A DNA stretch of 50,449 nt from a virus (lineage: Duplodnaviria; Caudoviricetes). Below the pieces are notes generated by a model, which had not been told where the DNA came from, did not search any database, and saw nothing but the letters and a program-made list of their open reading frames with translations. The stretch lies in the IMG/VR virus record IMGVR_UViG_3300020042_008421, positions 1 through 50,449 of that record, one strand, 5' to 3'. Within the stretch, counting starts at the first letter, position 1. Each line of letters opens with the position of its first letter. Positions 7,989-16,302 of the stretch are shown here, one piece after another. The position numbers were made by a program, and so were the translations under genes.

Positions 7989-9035
7989 TTATTTAAAACT
8001 GTTTAAAACTTTGAATGTGTCTCTAATCCAATACTCTACATTTTTGATTGTGTGATGTAACCCATCTTCGTTATATAACTTAATAAACTCAGCTGCTTTT
8101 GTTCTTTCAATTGGTTGTTCAATTATACTCTCGATATGCTTCTTTTCACCCTCATCTAATAACGGATTACCTAAATCCATAATCAAATAATTGTTTCTAA
8201 TACTCTCGTTATTAAAAACCACCCTGGAATAAATAATATTGTCTTTGTACTTAGACTCACTTATTTCAAAAACCTCTTCTAAAGTCATTTCTCTCTCTGC
8301 TAACTCAGGAAACAACTTAAATAACTTTTTAGGTCCTAATCCTTGTACTCCAGGTATTTTATCTGAATTATCACCCATTAATGTCTTATATAAGATAAAA
8401 TTATGAGGTGGGAGGCCAAATTTTTCTTTTACTAATTTTGGTGTGTAATATTCTTTAACCATAGGACTATAAACTGTTATGTTATCGTCTACTAGTTGTA
8501 AGAAATCTTTATCCGCCGACACAATCGTACATTTACTATCGTATTTAGTGGCCATATAACGGGATAAATGCGCTATAATGTCATCTGCCTCAACCTTATC
8601 GAGCATAATTAGGTTAACAGGTAAACACCTTAAATAGTGAATGAGTCGAGAAATTTGATTTACTTTAGATTCATGTTCTTCATCTAAATCATCAAATGTA
8701 TCATGGTTAGTCATTCGAGTTTGATTCCTACCTGATTTGTATTCTGGGAGTAAGTTCTTCCTGTTTATGGAAGAACCCACTCCGTCGAATACAATATACA
8801 CAGATGTAGGTTTATTTGTGTTAATTAGAAAACTTAATGATCTTAAAAAACCACCTAAACCACCAACGTGAACTCCTCCCTGGTTAACATAATTCAACAC
8901 TGCAAAGTTTCTTAAGAATAGATTTAAACCATCTATAATTAATACTTTATCATGTTTTGAAAATGTACCTGTGACTTCTTCATCATCTCCTGGTTTAATA
9001 TTATCTAATAACCGGAATAAATCTTTTTTATCCAT
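7989..9035 (-). CDS. 5'-3' exonuclease / flap endonuclease (Pol I N-terminal, T4 RNase H-like)
   Basis: IIDGLN, VFDG, YKSGR, EADDII, SADKDFLQL and GDNSDKIPGVQGLG. Start probably at the ATG at 9035 rather than 9050. Confidence 0.92.
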   Translation of the reverse strand: MDKKDLFRLLDNIKPGDDEEVTGTFSKHDKVLIIDGLNLFLRNFAVLNYVNQGGVHVGGLGGFLRSLSFLINTNKPTSVYIVFDGVGSSINRKNLLPEYKSGRNQTRMTNHDTFDDLDEEHESKVNQISRLIHYLRCLPVNLIMLDKVEADDIIAHLSRYMATKYDSKCTIVSADKDFLQLVDDNITVYSPMVKEYYTPKLVKEKFGLPPHNFILYKTLMGDNSDKIPGVQGLGPKKLFKLFPELAEREMTLEEVFEISESKYKDNIIYSRVVFNNESIRNNYLIMDLGNPLLDEGEKKHIESIIEQPIERTKAAEFIKLYNEDGLHHTIKNVEYWIRDTFKVLNSFK

Positions 9036-9036
9036 C

Positions 9037-10122
9037 TTATTCTTCGTCAATTAATGTAATGTTCTCTTTACTCTCATCCCATTCGGACTTATCTTCAGCG
9101 AGACCAATTCCATCAATACTACCTAAAATATGTACCCATTCATGAGCATGTTGTTTCTTATAGTCAGCAATATCCTTGTTATCATCTTGAATAAAGCCGT
9201 GTATTGTAGCTACAACTGTATTTTTAGTTTGTAATCCTGTGACGTGATTTTTATCTACTGCTACTTTAGTACGAACTGCAAATTCAACTTCCTTACCATC
9301 CTTAGTTGCTTTTAATTTACTTGTACCACTATTAGTAATATTACCAAATGTTAATACAATTGAAGCATCTAAAAACATTGTCTCACCGTTTTTCATTTTC
9401 ATTTTAGGTTGAGCAAACATATTTTCAGCTGGTGCGACCCAGATCTTATTAATTGCAACCATTGAATTTGTATATGGTGATGATTCTTTCCTTGATAGTG
9501 GGAAACGTTGATTAATAAAATTACCAAACTGTTGTGATACTGCACCTGCATTCCACATCGGATTGTTTTTATTCTGTTCAACACTCATTTTACAAGGTAT
9601 AGAACCAATTGAGTCCCAGAAGAAGCATAAGTCATAAGGTAAATTACCTTTCTTTTGCTCATCTAACAAGTCAGCTATAAATTCTGCTACATCTTCAATA
9701 GTTCCTAATGAACTTCTATCAGTGTATAGGAAAAATCCTTTATAGTCTAACACTTCTCCTGTTGTTTCATCTACAACATCTTCAACTTGGAAACCCATTT
9801 GTTTAGCATGTTCCCAAGACCATTTCATCTCTGTAATAATAAACACAGGCAAAATGCCCATTTTCTGGGCATTAATTGCCAACTCAAGTAATGCTGTTGT
9901 TTTACCTGTGTTACTGTGTCCTCTTAAGAGATTAATATGTCCTACTGCTGCACCCGGAAGTGAAGTTGAATCTTGTAATGCTTCAGAGAATGGAATCCAT
10001 CTTTGTTCTTTAAACTTAACTGTTGTGTTAAGTAGTTTTTTCTCTTTAAATTTATCTAGATTAAAACTAGCTTTCATTTCAGCAGAGACCGCTGTCATTA
10101 AAGATTCTTTCTTTTTGGCCAT
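9037..10122 (-). CDS. RecA/UvsX-like recombinase
   Basis: Walker A GHSNTGKT, ITE, Walker B FFWDSIG and late KNH; lies next to the SSB gene. Confidence 0.88.
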   Translation of the reverse strand: MAKKKESLMTAVSAEMKASFNLDKFKEKKLLNTTVKFKEQRWIPFSEALQDSTSLPGAAVGHINLLRGHSNTGKTTALLELAINAQKMGILPVFIITEMKWSWEHAKQMGFQVEDVVDETTGEVLDYKGFFLYTDRSSLGTIEDVAEFIADLLDEQKKGNLPYDLCFFWDSIGSIPCKMSVEQNKNNPMWNAGAVSQQFGNFINQRFPLSRKESSPYTNSMVAINKIWVAPAENMFAQPKMKMKNGETMFLDASIVLTFGNITNSGTSKLKATKDGKEVEFAVRTKVAVDKNHVTGLQTKNTVVATIHGFIQDDNKDIADYKKQHAHEWVHILGSIDGIGLAEDKSEWDESKENITLIDEE

Positions 10123-10137
10123 ATAAGTTTTTATTTA

Positions 10138-10986
10138 TTAGAATGGTGCTTCTTCGCTCTCGTCTTCGTCATCAAACAAAGCATCGAACTTATCCGCTTT
10201 AGATACCTTAGCTACTGGTGCTGCCTTCAAACTATAGTTTGTTTTAGGCTCTTCTTGTGCTTTAACCATGATCGGATCTTCATCTTCATCTACTTCAACT
10301 GCTACTGTTTCTTCAACTTCTGGGTTTAAGAAATTAGCTAAAATAGTTTTAAGATCATCAAACGCAGTTTTACGTTGTAACTCAAGAACATTTGGTTGCT
10401 CAGTTAACCACATTTTGATAGTTTCTTTATCAGAACCTAGTGGTGATGTTTTAGGCTTAACACGAATTGATGATTTTAATCCTTGACGACCACCGATATC
10501 ACCTGTTACTACATCAACTGTAAAGTCACGACCCTCGCTAATGTCAGTAAAATCTCCATAATCCTCATCTTCAGCAATACCTAATAATTGCATATAAATT
10601 TCTTTTCCGAATTCCCAAAGGCGAACGCCTTTTTCTTCTTCACCACGAACAACTACAGGAGCAAAAACTCTCATTTTTGGGTCTAATTTCTTAGCCAATT
10701 GCCAGTTTTCTTTTTCTTGTGTAGTACGAAGTGATTTTGCAAACTCAACAATTGGATCTTTTTCACCCCAGTTGGTTAGAGCATAAATTGGGAATTTTGA
10801 GAACCCGTAGTGTACAAACACTTCTTGGAATGGGTTACTCTTGTTTAATACTGAAGGTACCACTCGGATTTGATACTTACCTTCTGCTTTAGGCTTCCAA
10901 TAATACTTGGAATAGTCAACCTTTTCTTTCTTGGCGCCTGATGACTGTAGAGAGCTTAATCTCTGTTTAATCGCATTGATGTCCAT
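10138..10986 (-). CDS. Single-stranded DNA-binding protein, T4 gp32-like
   Basis: YWKP..GKYQIR, LWEFGK, D.TD..EGRDF, and an acidic tail ending DEDESEEAPF. Confidence 0.82.
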   Translation of the reverse strand: MDINAIKQRLSSLQSSGAKKEKVDYSKYYWKPKAEGKYQIRVVPSVLNKSNPFQEVFVHYGFSKFPIYALTNWGEKDPIVEFAKSLRTTQEKENWQLAKKLDPKMRVFAPVVVRGEEEKGVRLWEFGKEIYMQLLGIAEDEDYGDFTDISEGRDFTVDVVTGDIGGRQGLKSSIRVKPKTSPLGSDKETIKMWLTEQPNVLELQRKTAFDDLKTILANFLNPEVEETVAVEVDEDEDPIMVKAQEEPKTNYSLKAAPVAKVSKADKFDALFDDEDESEEAPF

Positions 10987-11015
10987 TTTTATTTGGTTTT
11001 AAATTGTTACTATTT

Positions 11016-11044
11016 AATATACTACATTTTTTTTAATAGGCCAA
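11016..11044 (-). promoter_or_regulatory. Putative early/middle promoter for the ssb-recA-exonuclease-helicase genes
   Basis: TTGGC-N18-TATATT in the intergenic region. Confidence 0.68.
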
Positions 11045-11106
11045 GTTAGCTAATACAAGCTCTTAAAATGCCTTTTCTCGTAGTGTTTTCTTTAACGTTA
11101 CGTACC

Positions 11107-11565
11107 TTATAATTCAATAATCTTGAATACCTTTGTATTCAATTGTTTTAACTCGTTATGTTGGGTTAATAATATACTGTTTCTATAATGAGGCCAATTT
11201 ACTCTATAAGCCATATCAACTACTCCATCATTTAACTTTTTAATAAGTTCATTTAGAGCATTTATAGTATAAAGTGTATTGGTTTCTTTTTTACGATGAA
11301 CTAGAATTGTATTCTCAGGGATTGAATTTACATTGCCTTGATCGACATTGTAAGTAATAACATACTCATTTGTGCTTTTAACAAATAACACAAACATTTT
11401 GTTGTACATAATGGTGTAGACAGTAGATAATTCACTTACCAACTCATCTAATTCCTCACCACTTGTGAATGTGCAAAATAACTTATTATTCAAATCCTTA
11501 ATATTAGCGTTGTTCGCGTCATACATATCATAGTTTGATTTAAAAGTCATAATTCTTCCCTCCAT
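11107..11565 (-). CDS. Hypothetical protein in the replication module (start uncertain, 11565 or 11550)
   Basis: About 150 aa ORF overlapping the polA 3' end. Confidence 0.8.
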   Translation of the reverse strand: MEGRIMTFKSNYDMYDANNANIKDLNNKLFCTFTSGEELDELVSELSTVYTIMYNKMFVLFVKSTNEYVITYNVDQGNVNSIPENTILVHRKKETNTLYTINALNELIKKLNDGVVDMAYRVNWPHYRNSILLTQHNELKQLNTKVFKIIEL

Positions 11566-12817
11566 TAATTTTTATTGATAACTTCATTTCTTTAAATATA
11601 TTTTTGATCTGTTCTAATTCTTGCTCTTCATCTTCATCCCAATCAAGTAGAAATGAGTCATACGTGTACAGAACTATTTTAGTATTTTTACTTGCTAATA
11701 TCTTATGAATCTTAAGTAGTATACTTATGTTTGTAGATGTTTCTAGGTTTTGTAAGATATAATTGAATAACTTTTGTGGATTCATATTTTCTAATGAATC
11801 CTTTTTAAACATATAACCTGATATAGGAGCGTTAATAAAGCCTTGTTCATTAAACAATTTCCATTGTTCTTGAACATATGTTTGAATTTTTTGGAAGAAT
11901 GGGAGTGATTGGTATTCTTCAAATACTCCTCCATATAACTGTTTAAATGTTAATTCTTTTGCTTTAGCGTAGTCTACGCCATACATGCTAGCAAAATCAG
12001 CATGAATATCAGGGTTGTCAAATTCATGAGAAACCAGTTGTCCAGCCAAAGTCGGATGGTATGCAGAAATATCGATTTCAAGAAATTCATTGTTTTGTGG
12101 TATAAAGCTCGATCTTGAGTGGTTATCTTTCTTTAGAGCAGCGAAGTTAATGCTATTAAAGGCATTAGATGGGCGTCTTGTTGTAGTATTAAGGTTATAT
12201 TGAGTAAACACCCTACTATCACGTATCGAGTATAAGCTATTATTTGGTTCATAGTATTTATAAAACTTGTCTTCATTAATTTTAATTCCGTTCTTTTCAA
12301 TTCCAAAAAATGCTAAAGCACCTTTATTATAGAATTTAACATATTCTGGTTTTGGCTCCAATATTGTTTGTTGGAGTTGAGTATAAATATTCTCACAAAC
12401 CTCATAATGCTTAACTATTGGAATTATTTTATTAATATCCGTTTTATTAGGATGTTTTCTATAAAAGATATCAAATACAGGTTCAGATGGAGTTTCTACA
12501 TACTTAATAGAAGAAATGTCTGTTACTTTGTTTAATTGGAAGTAATATAGAAATGATTTTTTATCCCTAACATAAACTGTGTCTATATGTTTTAGTAGTT
12601 TTTCAATATATGTTTTTCCAAGTGACATTGTTTCACTATGATCAATACAAAACATATATCCTTTAGAATCATAAGTTGGTCTAATATAGACTAAACATAC
12701 ATCATTTAAGGAAGGGTGAATATGATTATGATAAGGAATAATCTCAACAAAGACTTCTTTATAGTCTTGATTAAAAAATTCTCTTAATTGATCTTTAGTT
12801 TCTACTAACCAATACAT
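11540..12817 (-). CDS. Divergent, compact family A DNA polymerase
   Basis: Motif 2 TTRRPSN, motif A DISAYHP, motif B AKELTFKQLYG, motif 6 NYILQ and motif C YTYDS. Confidence 0.85.
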   Translation of the reverse strand: MYWLVETKDQLREFFNQDYKEVFVEIIPYHNHIHPSLNDVCLVYIRPTYDSKGYMFCIDHSETMSLGKTYIEKLLKHIDTVYVRDKKSFLYYFQLNKVTDISSIKYVETPSEPVFDIFYRKHPNKTDINKIIPIVKHYEVCENIYTQLQQTILEPKPEYVKFYNKGALAFFGIEKNGIKINEDKFYKYYEPNNSLYSIRDSRVFTQYNLNTTTRRPSNAFNSINFAALKKDNHSRSSFIPQNNEFLEIDISAYHPTLAGQLVSHEFDNPDIHADFASMYGVDYAKAKELTFKQLYGGVFEEYQSLPFFQKIQTYVQEQWKLFNEQGFINAPISGYMFKKDSLENMNPQKLFNYILQNLETSTNISILLKIHKILASKNTKIVLYTYDSFLLDWDEDEEQELEQIKNIFKEMKLSIKINGGKNYDF

Positions 12818-12834
12818 AACCTTTATTTTCTATT

Positions 12835-12863
12835 AATATAGTAATAAAGATTTTGTAGGCCAA
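12835..12863 (-). promoter_or_regulatory. Putative early/middle promoter opening the replication module
   Basis: TTGGC-N18-TATATT at the boundary between structural and replication genes. Confidence 0.68.
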
Positions 12864-12864
12864 G

Positions 12865-13083
12865 TTATAACCCTATTGCTGTTATAAATTCTTCAATTGT
12901 AGCATATGTAATATCATTTACAGAAACATTAGTACAATCAAATACTAGTACTCCATCTATAAATTCTACATAAGTTTGGGTTTCACTAATAATTGAATAA
13001 CCACTTGGAAATTGATCAAAAGCAAAAAAACGATCTTGTTCTCTTAAAATTATCCCACCAGGGATTGTTGTTACATTTGTCAT
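12865..13083 (-). CDS. Hypothetical protein
   Basis: 72 aa, ATGA-coupled to the upstream gene. Confidence 0.7.
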   Translation of the reverse strand: MTNVTTIPGGIILREQDRFFAFDQFPSGYSIISETQTYVEFIDGVLVFDCTNVSVNDITYATIEEFITAIGL

Positions 13084-13745
13084 ACGCGTTCTAAATAATA
13101 CATTGTTGAATAACCAGAATCATTTGTGTTAGTATGAGTTATACCAAATATTATATATTGAGCTACACTCCAATCTATTGTTGATGCTGCTCTACCTGTT
13201 GCCGCGTCATCTGTTGCTAATGAAGTACCTACACCTACATGCTCTGTATTAATACCTGTTGCTGCTAGTATGTAGAAATCTCGTTTCATTTGCATAGAGG
13301 TAGTATTACCAGTTAATATACCTAAGGTAGTAGCAGTTGATATATCATTTGTTGTATTGATATAGATACCTGTAGTTGTGTTACCATTGGTAGCTAATTT
13401 TCTAGCACGATATCTTACTCTAAGGATATCACCAGTAGTAAAGGTGTTAGCGGGTATTAAAAATGAAGTAGTGGCTACTAATGAAGTGGTACCAGTACCA
13501 ACCATAGACCCAGTACCAAAACTTCTATATATGGATAATCTACCAGTAAGTAAAGATGCTGTAGCAGCGTAAGATGCACTTGTAACAGAACCTAATAGAA
13601 ATGATGATGTTAATGCATTTGTGGCCCAACTGGCAGTACCAAATAATGAACCAGTAAAACCATCTGTAGCAGTTACAGAACCAGTAATAGTAGCATTACC
13701 TTGGTCTACAATAAGACCATTTTTGACTTTAAATTCGTTTGGCAT
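13080..13745 (-). CDS. Putative fibre-associated virion protein
   Basis: S/T/G-rich; shares the FTGSLxGTxSWATNALTxSFL module with the 817 aa fibre. Confidence 0.65.
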   Translation of the reverse strand: MPNEFKVKNGLIVDQGNATITGSVTATDGFTGSLFGTASWATNALTSSFLLGSVTSASYAATASLLTGRLSIYRSFGTGSMVGTGTTSLVATTSFLIPANTFTTGDILRVRYRARKLATNGNTTTGIYINTTNDISTATTLGILTGNTTSMQMKRDFYILAATGINTEHVGVGTSLATDDAATGRAASTIDWSVAQYIIFGITHTNTNDSGYSTMYYLERV

Positions 13746-13774
13746 AATTTTTACCTTTCACTTTCCAGGTTAAT

Positions 13775-13783
13775 TATAAATAT
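13775..13783 (-). promoter_or_regulatory. Putative late promoter motif ATATTTATA
   Basis: Exact intergenic copy. Confidence 0.6.
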
Positions 13784-13784
13784 A

Positions 13785-14126
13785 TTAAACAGTTGGTTCC
13801 TCAGGAGTTGGTTCTGGATCGGGTATTGGTGGAGAATACTTTGTAAATGTTGATGCGCTATTAATAGCGTTAGCATCTTTAAGATTATCAATTACATAAG
13901 TATCTAAAGCATCAATCAATTGAGTATATGCGTCTGTGATTGTAGGGTCATATGTTAAAGTAGATTTATCAATACTTTGGTATCCTACTGCTCCATTGTT
14001 AGCGATGAATACATCCATTGCAATTTGGCCTGCATATTGAAGATGTGGTACTAATGTTAATAAAGGAGATTCGTAAATCAATCCTGTTTGTGGGTTTTGG
14101 AAAAATCCTGTTACTTGTACTGCCAT
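13785..14126 (-). CDS. Hypothetical protein (structural region)
   Basis: 113 aa with a Pro/Glu-rich tail. Confidence 0.75.
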   Translation of the reverse strand: MAVQVTGFFQNPQTGLIYESPLLTLVPHLQYAGQIAMDVFIANNGAVGYQSIDKSTLTYDPTITDAYTQLIDALDTYVIDNLKDANAINSASTFTKYSPPIPDPEPTPEEPTV

Positions 14127-14139
14127 TATTTTATTTTAT

Positions 14140-14148
14140 TATAAATAT
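14140..14148 (-). promoter_or_regulatory. Putative late promoter motif ATATTTATA
   Basis: Exact copy abutting the upstream stop codon. Confidence 0.6.
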
Positions 14149-14861
14149 TATGTAAGTCCGAAACGTGACTTTACTGCGTTATAGTTTTGTAGCACTTCAG
14201 ATGCTGTTAAAGCACGGTTATAAATTTTAGCTGATGGAAAAGCACCAACCCAACCTTGATTTATTCCTGTGGGGGTAGATCCTCTAGATCCTAATTTAAA
14301 ATATTCTGATGATCCTGTATATGTTTGGGTAACACTTGTTCTGAGAGCTCCATTAATGTACCAAGATTGTGTAGTGCCTGATTTTGATAGTGTATATGTT
14401 TTAATACGGTTTGATCCTAAGGGTACAAGACCTTGTACTAATGGAGTAGCAAATAAAGTATTATTCCCATTAAATGATGTTATTCCATCATTCCATATTT
14501 CTAAATCTAATAATTGATACCCTTGAGAACTACCTGATATAAAACTCCAAACTGTTTGTCGAGTTGACGGAGAAGATTCAGATATCATTGTGTATGATAT
14601 AGCAGCTACCTCAATAGTATAATTTGTTGAAGTATCTAGTATAAACGGAATTACTATATTCACAGCACCATTAGTTGCTAATGCTCCATTAAAACTGCTA
14701 GTATATGTTGTTCCAACACTTAGTGTTGTTGTTGATAATTGTGATCTAGAAATATCACTCCAAGTAGTACTTCCACTAACATAAGATTTAGTATTAGCAG
14801 CATCTAACCACAATACTAATCCATCTAATACTACATTCGGTCCGCCTGATAAAGTACTCAT
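14148..14861 (-). CDS. LamG / concanavalin A-like lectin-domain virion protein (copy 3)
   Basis: GLVLWLDAANTKSY ... KIYNRALTASEVLQNYNAVKSRFGL. Confidence 0.85.
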   Translation of the reverse strand: MSTLSGGPNVVLDGLVLWLDAANTKSYVSGSTTWSDISRSQLSTTTLSVGTTYTSSFNGALATNGAVNIVIPFILDTSTNYTIEVAAISYTMISESSPSTRQTVWSFISGSSQGYQLLDLEIWNDGITSFNGNNTLFATPLVQGLVPLGSNRIKTYTLSKSGTTQSWYINGALRTSVTQTYTGSSEYFKLGSRGSTPTGINQGWVGAFPSAKIYNRALTASEVLQNYNAVKSRFGLT

Positions 14862-15562
14862 AAGCCAAATCTCCCTTTTAGTGCGTTGTAGTTTTGTGTA
14901 ATTTCATTTGCGCTTAAAGCTCGGTTATATATTTTAAAACTAGATATGTTAGCTGCTCCAACTGCGAGATATTTATCACTCGCTAATCTTATAGGTGATG
15001 TGGTTGTATATAAATTTCCTGTTAGTGAACTTGATTGGGGTGTAGCTGCATTTCTGTATCCTGTTACAAAAGAACCATTATATGTAAATGTAAAATTATA
15101 CCATTGTCCCCAAACTAAACTGCTGTATTCTATAATAGTTGATACGGTTCCTGATTGGTTACCCATAGTAAATCGTATGTAGCTAGATCCTCCTCCTGAC
15201 GGACCTGGTCCCGTAGTCATATAGAAAGTATATATTCCATCTCCTCCTGAACCTTTTGCCATTATATATCTATTAACCGTCATACTAGGTATATTAACCC
15301 ATAAATCTAATGTGGTTGTGCTTGCACTATTAAATAATATGTTTCCTAATTCAGCATAATCATTTGTTCCATCAAAAGAAATATATCCACCATTCCCACT
15401 ATTAAATGTAGGTCCATTTATTAAACTACCAGTTACAGTATTACTAACTATATCTCTCCAACTAGTACCACTACCAGGATAAGAATCTCGTTTAGCAGCA
15501 TCTAAGTTTAATATTAAACCATTTGTTACTATCCCACCTGTATATGCTATTTTTCCAGCCAT
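14858..15562 (-). CDS. LamG / concanavalin A-like lectin-domain virion protein (copy 2)
   Basis: GLILNLDAA, FDGTNDY, WYNFTFTYNG and IYNRALSANEITQNYNA. Confidence 0.88.
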   Translation of the reverse strand: MAGKIAYTGGIVTNGLILNLDAAKRDSYPGSGTSWRDIVSNTVTGSLINGPTFNSGNGGYISFDGTNDYAELGNILFNSASTTTLDLWVNIPSMTVNRYIMAKGSGGDGIYTFYMTTGPGPSGGGSSYIRFTMGNQSGTVSTIIEYSSLVWGQWYNFTFTYNGSFVTGYRNAATPQSSSLTGNLYTTTSPIRLASDKYLAVGAANISSFKIYNRALSANEITQNYNALKGRFGL

Positions 15563-15563
15563 G

Positions 15564-16301
15564 TTATGTTAATCCGAATCGGGTTTTGGTTGCGTTGTAG
15601 TTTTGGAGTACTTCTTGTGCGGTAAAAAATTTATTATATACTTTTATTAAATATATGGTACCTACAAATGCTTGTTGACCTACAACAGCAGTACTTACAA
15701 TTGTTCCTATAACTGTATTACCATTTGTTTCTGTGGCGTCAAATGCACCTGCTGTTGTGACACTTCCAACAAGGACTCCATTTTTATAAGAATACATAGT
15801 GTTTCCTTGCTTAGAAAATGACACAACTAAAGGTTGATCAGCTGTATATGGAATATTTGTTGATAATACTCCAGATCCATTATAAAAATTTATAAATCCA
15901 GATACTCCTCTTACAAAAACACCCGCGTAACTACCAGTTGAGCCTGATATTAGGTTATTACCAGCGGATATAATACTTTGGTATCCAGATCCGTTGGATT
16001 GTGATACAACTAAAGTGATTTCTATTGTATAGTCATTTGTACCAAATCTTAAAATGTCTTGAGATAAAGTAACTCCACTACTAGAGGCTAATGTAACTGG
16101 GGGGGAGTTAAACCTAAGACCACCTCCACTAGCACTCACATATGTAGGAAAATACCCAGGATATGAAGCACTGCTAGTTATTTGTGTTCTTGAAATATCA
16201 TTCCAAGTTGTAGAACCAGATACATAACTCTTAGAGTTAGCGGCATCCAGATACAAAACTAATCCGTCTGTAACTATTTTAGGGCTGTAATTAAAAGCCA
16301 T
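15564..16301 (-). CDS. LamG / concanavalin A-like lectin-domain virion protein (copy 1)
   Basis: GLVLYLDAANSKSY ... VYNKFFTAQEVLQNYNATKTRFGL. Confidence 0.85.
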   Translation of the reverse strand: MAFNYSPKIVTDGLVLYLDAANSKSYVSGSTTWNDISRTQITSSASYPGYFPTYVSASGGGLRFNSPPVTLASSSGVTLSQDILRFGTNDYTIEITLVVSQSNGSGYQSIISAGNNLISGSTGSYAGVFVRGVSGFINFYNGSGVLSTNIPYTADQPLVVSFSKQGNTMYSYKNGVLVGSVTTAGAFDATETNGNTVIGTIVSTAVVGQQAFVGTIYLIKVYNKFFTAQEVLQNYNATKTRFGLT

Positions 16302-16302
16302 A

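Noticed and set aside
11045-11106. About 60 nt intergenic stretch as a possible ncRNA or terminator
   Set aside because: It has only a short palindrome (TAACGTTA), with no convincing stem-loop, U-tract or tRNA features.
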